Of a stretch of DNA of 53,960 nt, positions 53,383 through 53,960 are shown one piece after another; the first letter of the stretch is position 1; each line of letters begins with the position of its first letter. The notes under the pieces are model-generated. The model was not told where the DNA came from. It saw only the letters and a program-made list of their open reading frames with translations, and did not search any database. Both the position numbers and the translations under genes were made by a program. The stretch comes from an uncultured Anaerotruncus sp. (GTDB lineage: Bacteria; Bacillota; Clostridia; Oscillospirales; Ruminococcaceae), in NCBI GenBank assembly GCA_944387965.1, contig CALXGW010000128.1, positions 1-53,960 of the forward strand, in the 5' to 3' direction.

Positions 53383-53960
53383 TTTTTATCAGGCTTATGA
53401 CGAAGACAGCCGCCTGCAGTCAAAGCACGGCTCGGTTGAGTTTCTGACGACCATGCGCTATGTGGAGCAGTACTTAAAGCCCGGAAATCGTATTCTTGAA
53501 ATTGGCGCGGGAACAGGGCGATATTCTCATGCTTTGGCGCGCCGGGGATATGTAGTTGACGCGGTAGAACTCGTAGAACATAACATTGAGGTTTTCCAGA
53601 AAAACACACTTCCAAATGAGCAAATTACCATTTCGCAGGGCAACGCTTTGGATTTGTCTGCCTTTTCGGATAACCAATATGATGTAACGCTTCTGCTCGG
53701 TCCTCTCTATCATCTGTATACGCAGGAGGATAAGCGTCAGGCGATCCGGGAAGCAATCCGCGTTACCAAACAGGGCGGCGTCATCTTTGCCGCCTATGTG
53801 ATTTCGGACGGCTGCTTGCTTGATGAGGGGTTTCACCGGAAGAATATCAATGTTGCAGAATATGTGCGAACAGGGCTTCTCGACGCGAAAACCTTTGCCG
53901 CAAAATCTGAGCCAAAGGATCTGTTTGAACTGGTACGGAAAGAAGATGTTGATGAAATTA
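53357..53960 (+). CDS. class I SAM-dependent methyltransferase (partial, runs off the window)
   Basis: MESNHYLIDFY..; motif I ILEIGAGTGRYS, DAVEL, GNALDLS, LLGPLYHL. Confidence 0.9.
   Translation, partial: MESNHYLIDFYQAYDEDSRLQSKHGSVEFLTTMRYVEQYLKPGNRILEIGAGTGRYSHALARRGYVVDAVELVEHNIEVFQKNTLPNEQITISQGNALDLSAFSDNQYDVTLLLGPLYHLYTQEDKRQAIREAIRVTKQGGVIFAAYVISDGCLLDEGFHRKNINVAEYVRTGLLDAKTFAAKSEPKDLFELVRKEDVDEI

Noticed and set aside
106-53836. Numerous long minus-strand ORFs (for example 19472-21223, 46341-47963, 9275-10483)
   Set aside because: Antisense shadows of well-supported plus-strand genes in GC-rich DNA, with no recognisable motifs.

Overview
GC-rich chromosome segment, probably from a gut Firmicute (Clostridia-like; inferred from gene content and AGGAGG ribosome-binding sites). 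Essentially all genes are on the + strand. 1-10.5 kb: CoA-transferase, TRIC/YadS membrane protein, ECF sigma with anti-sigma and a secreted protein, tRNA-Val(CAC), tRNA-Ala(CGC), and a TetR-ftsH-HdeD-GT8 cluster. 10.5-11.7 kb: a complete retron (consensus promoter, msr-msd ncRNA with terminal inverted repeats, RT with NAxxH/YCDD/VTG motifs) with no obvious effector. A disrupted GH5-like lipoprotein gene follows. 13.2-52.5 kb: a roughly 39 kb contractile injection system (eCIS/PVC/Afp-like) with sheath, three tube paralogues, LysM tube initiator, hub, spike, gp25, two baseplate J proteins, fibre, DUF4255 cap, DUF4280 PAAR-like tip, AAA ATPase and a DUF4157 cargo. It has no capsid, terminase, integrase or lysis genes. 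Unusual features of this locus: (i) a membrane module of pseudokinase, HAMP/pseudo-cyclase and a MORN-repeat protein with a TolC-like tail; (ii) a sigma-less partner-switching module with an active plus dead PP2C pair and a MATE-RsbW fusion; (iii) a P2 gene E/E+E'-type TTTTTTG -1 frameshift; (iv) a Shine-Dalgarno bridged to the sheath start codon by a hairpin. The window ends with a TetR regulator and a partial SAM methyltransferase. All family calls come from reading motifs by eye; no database searches were run.
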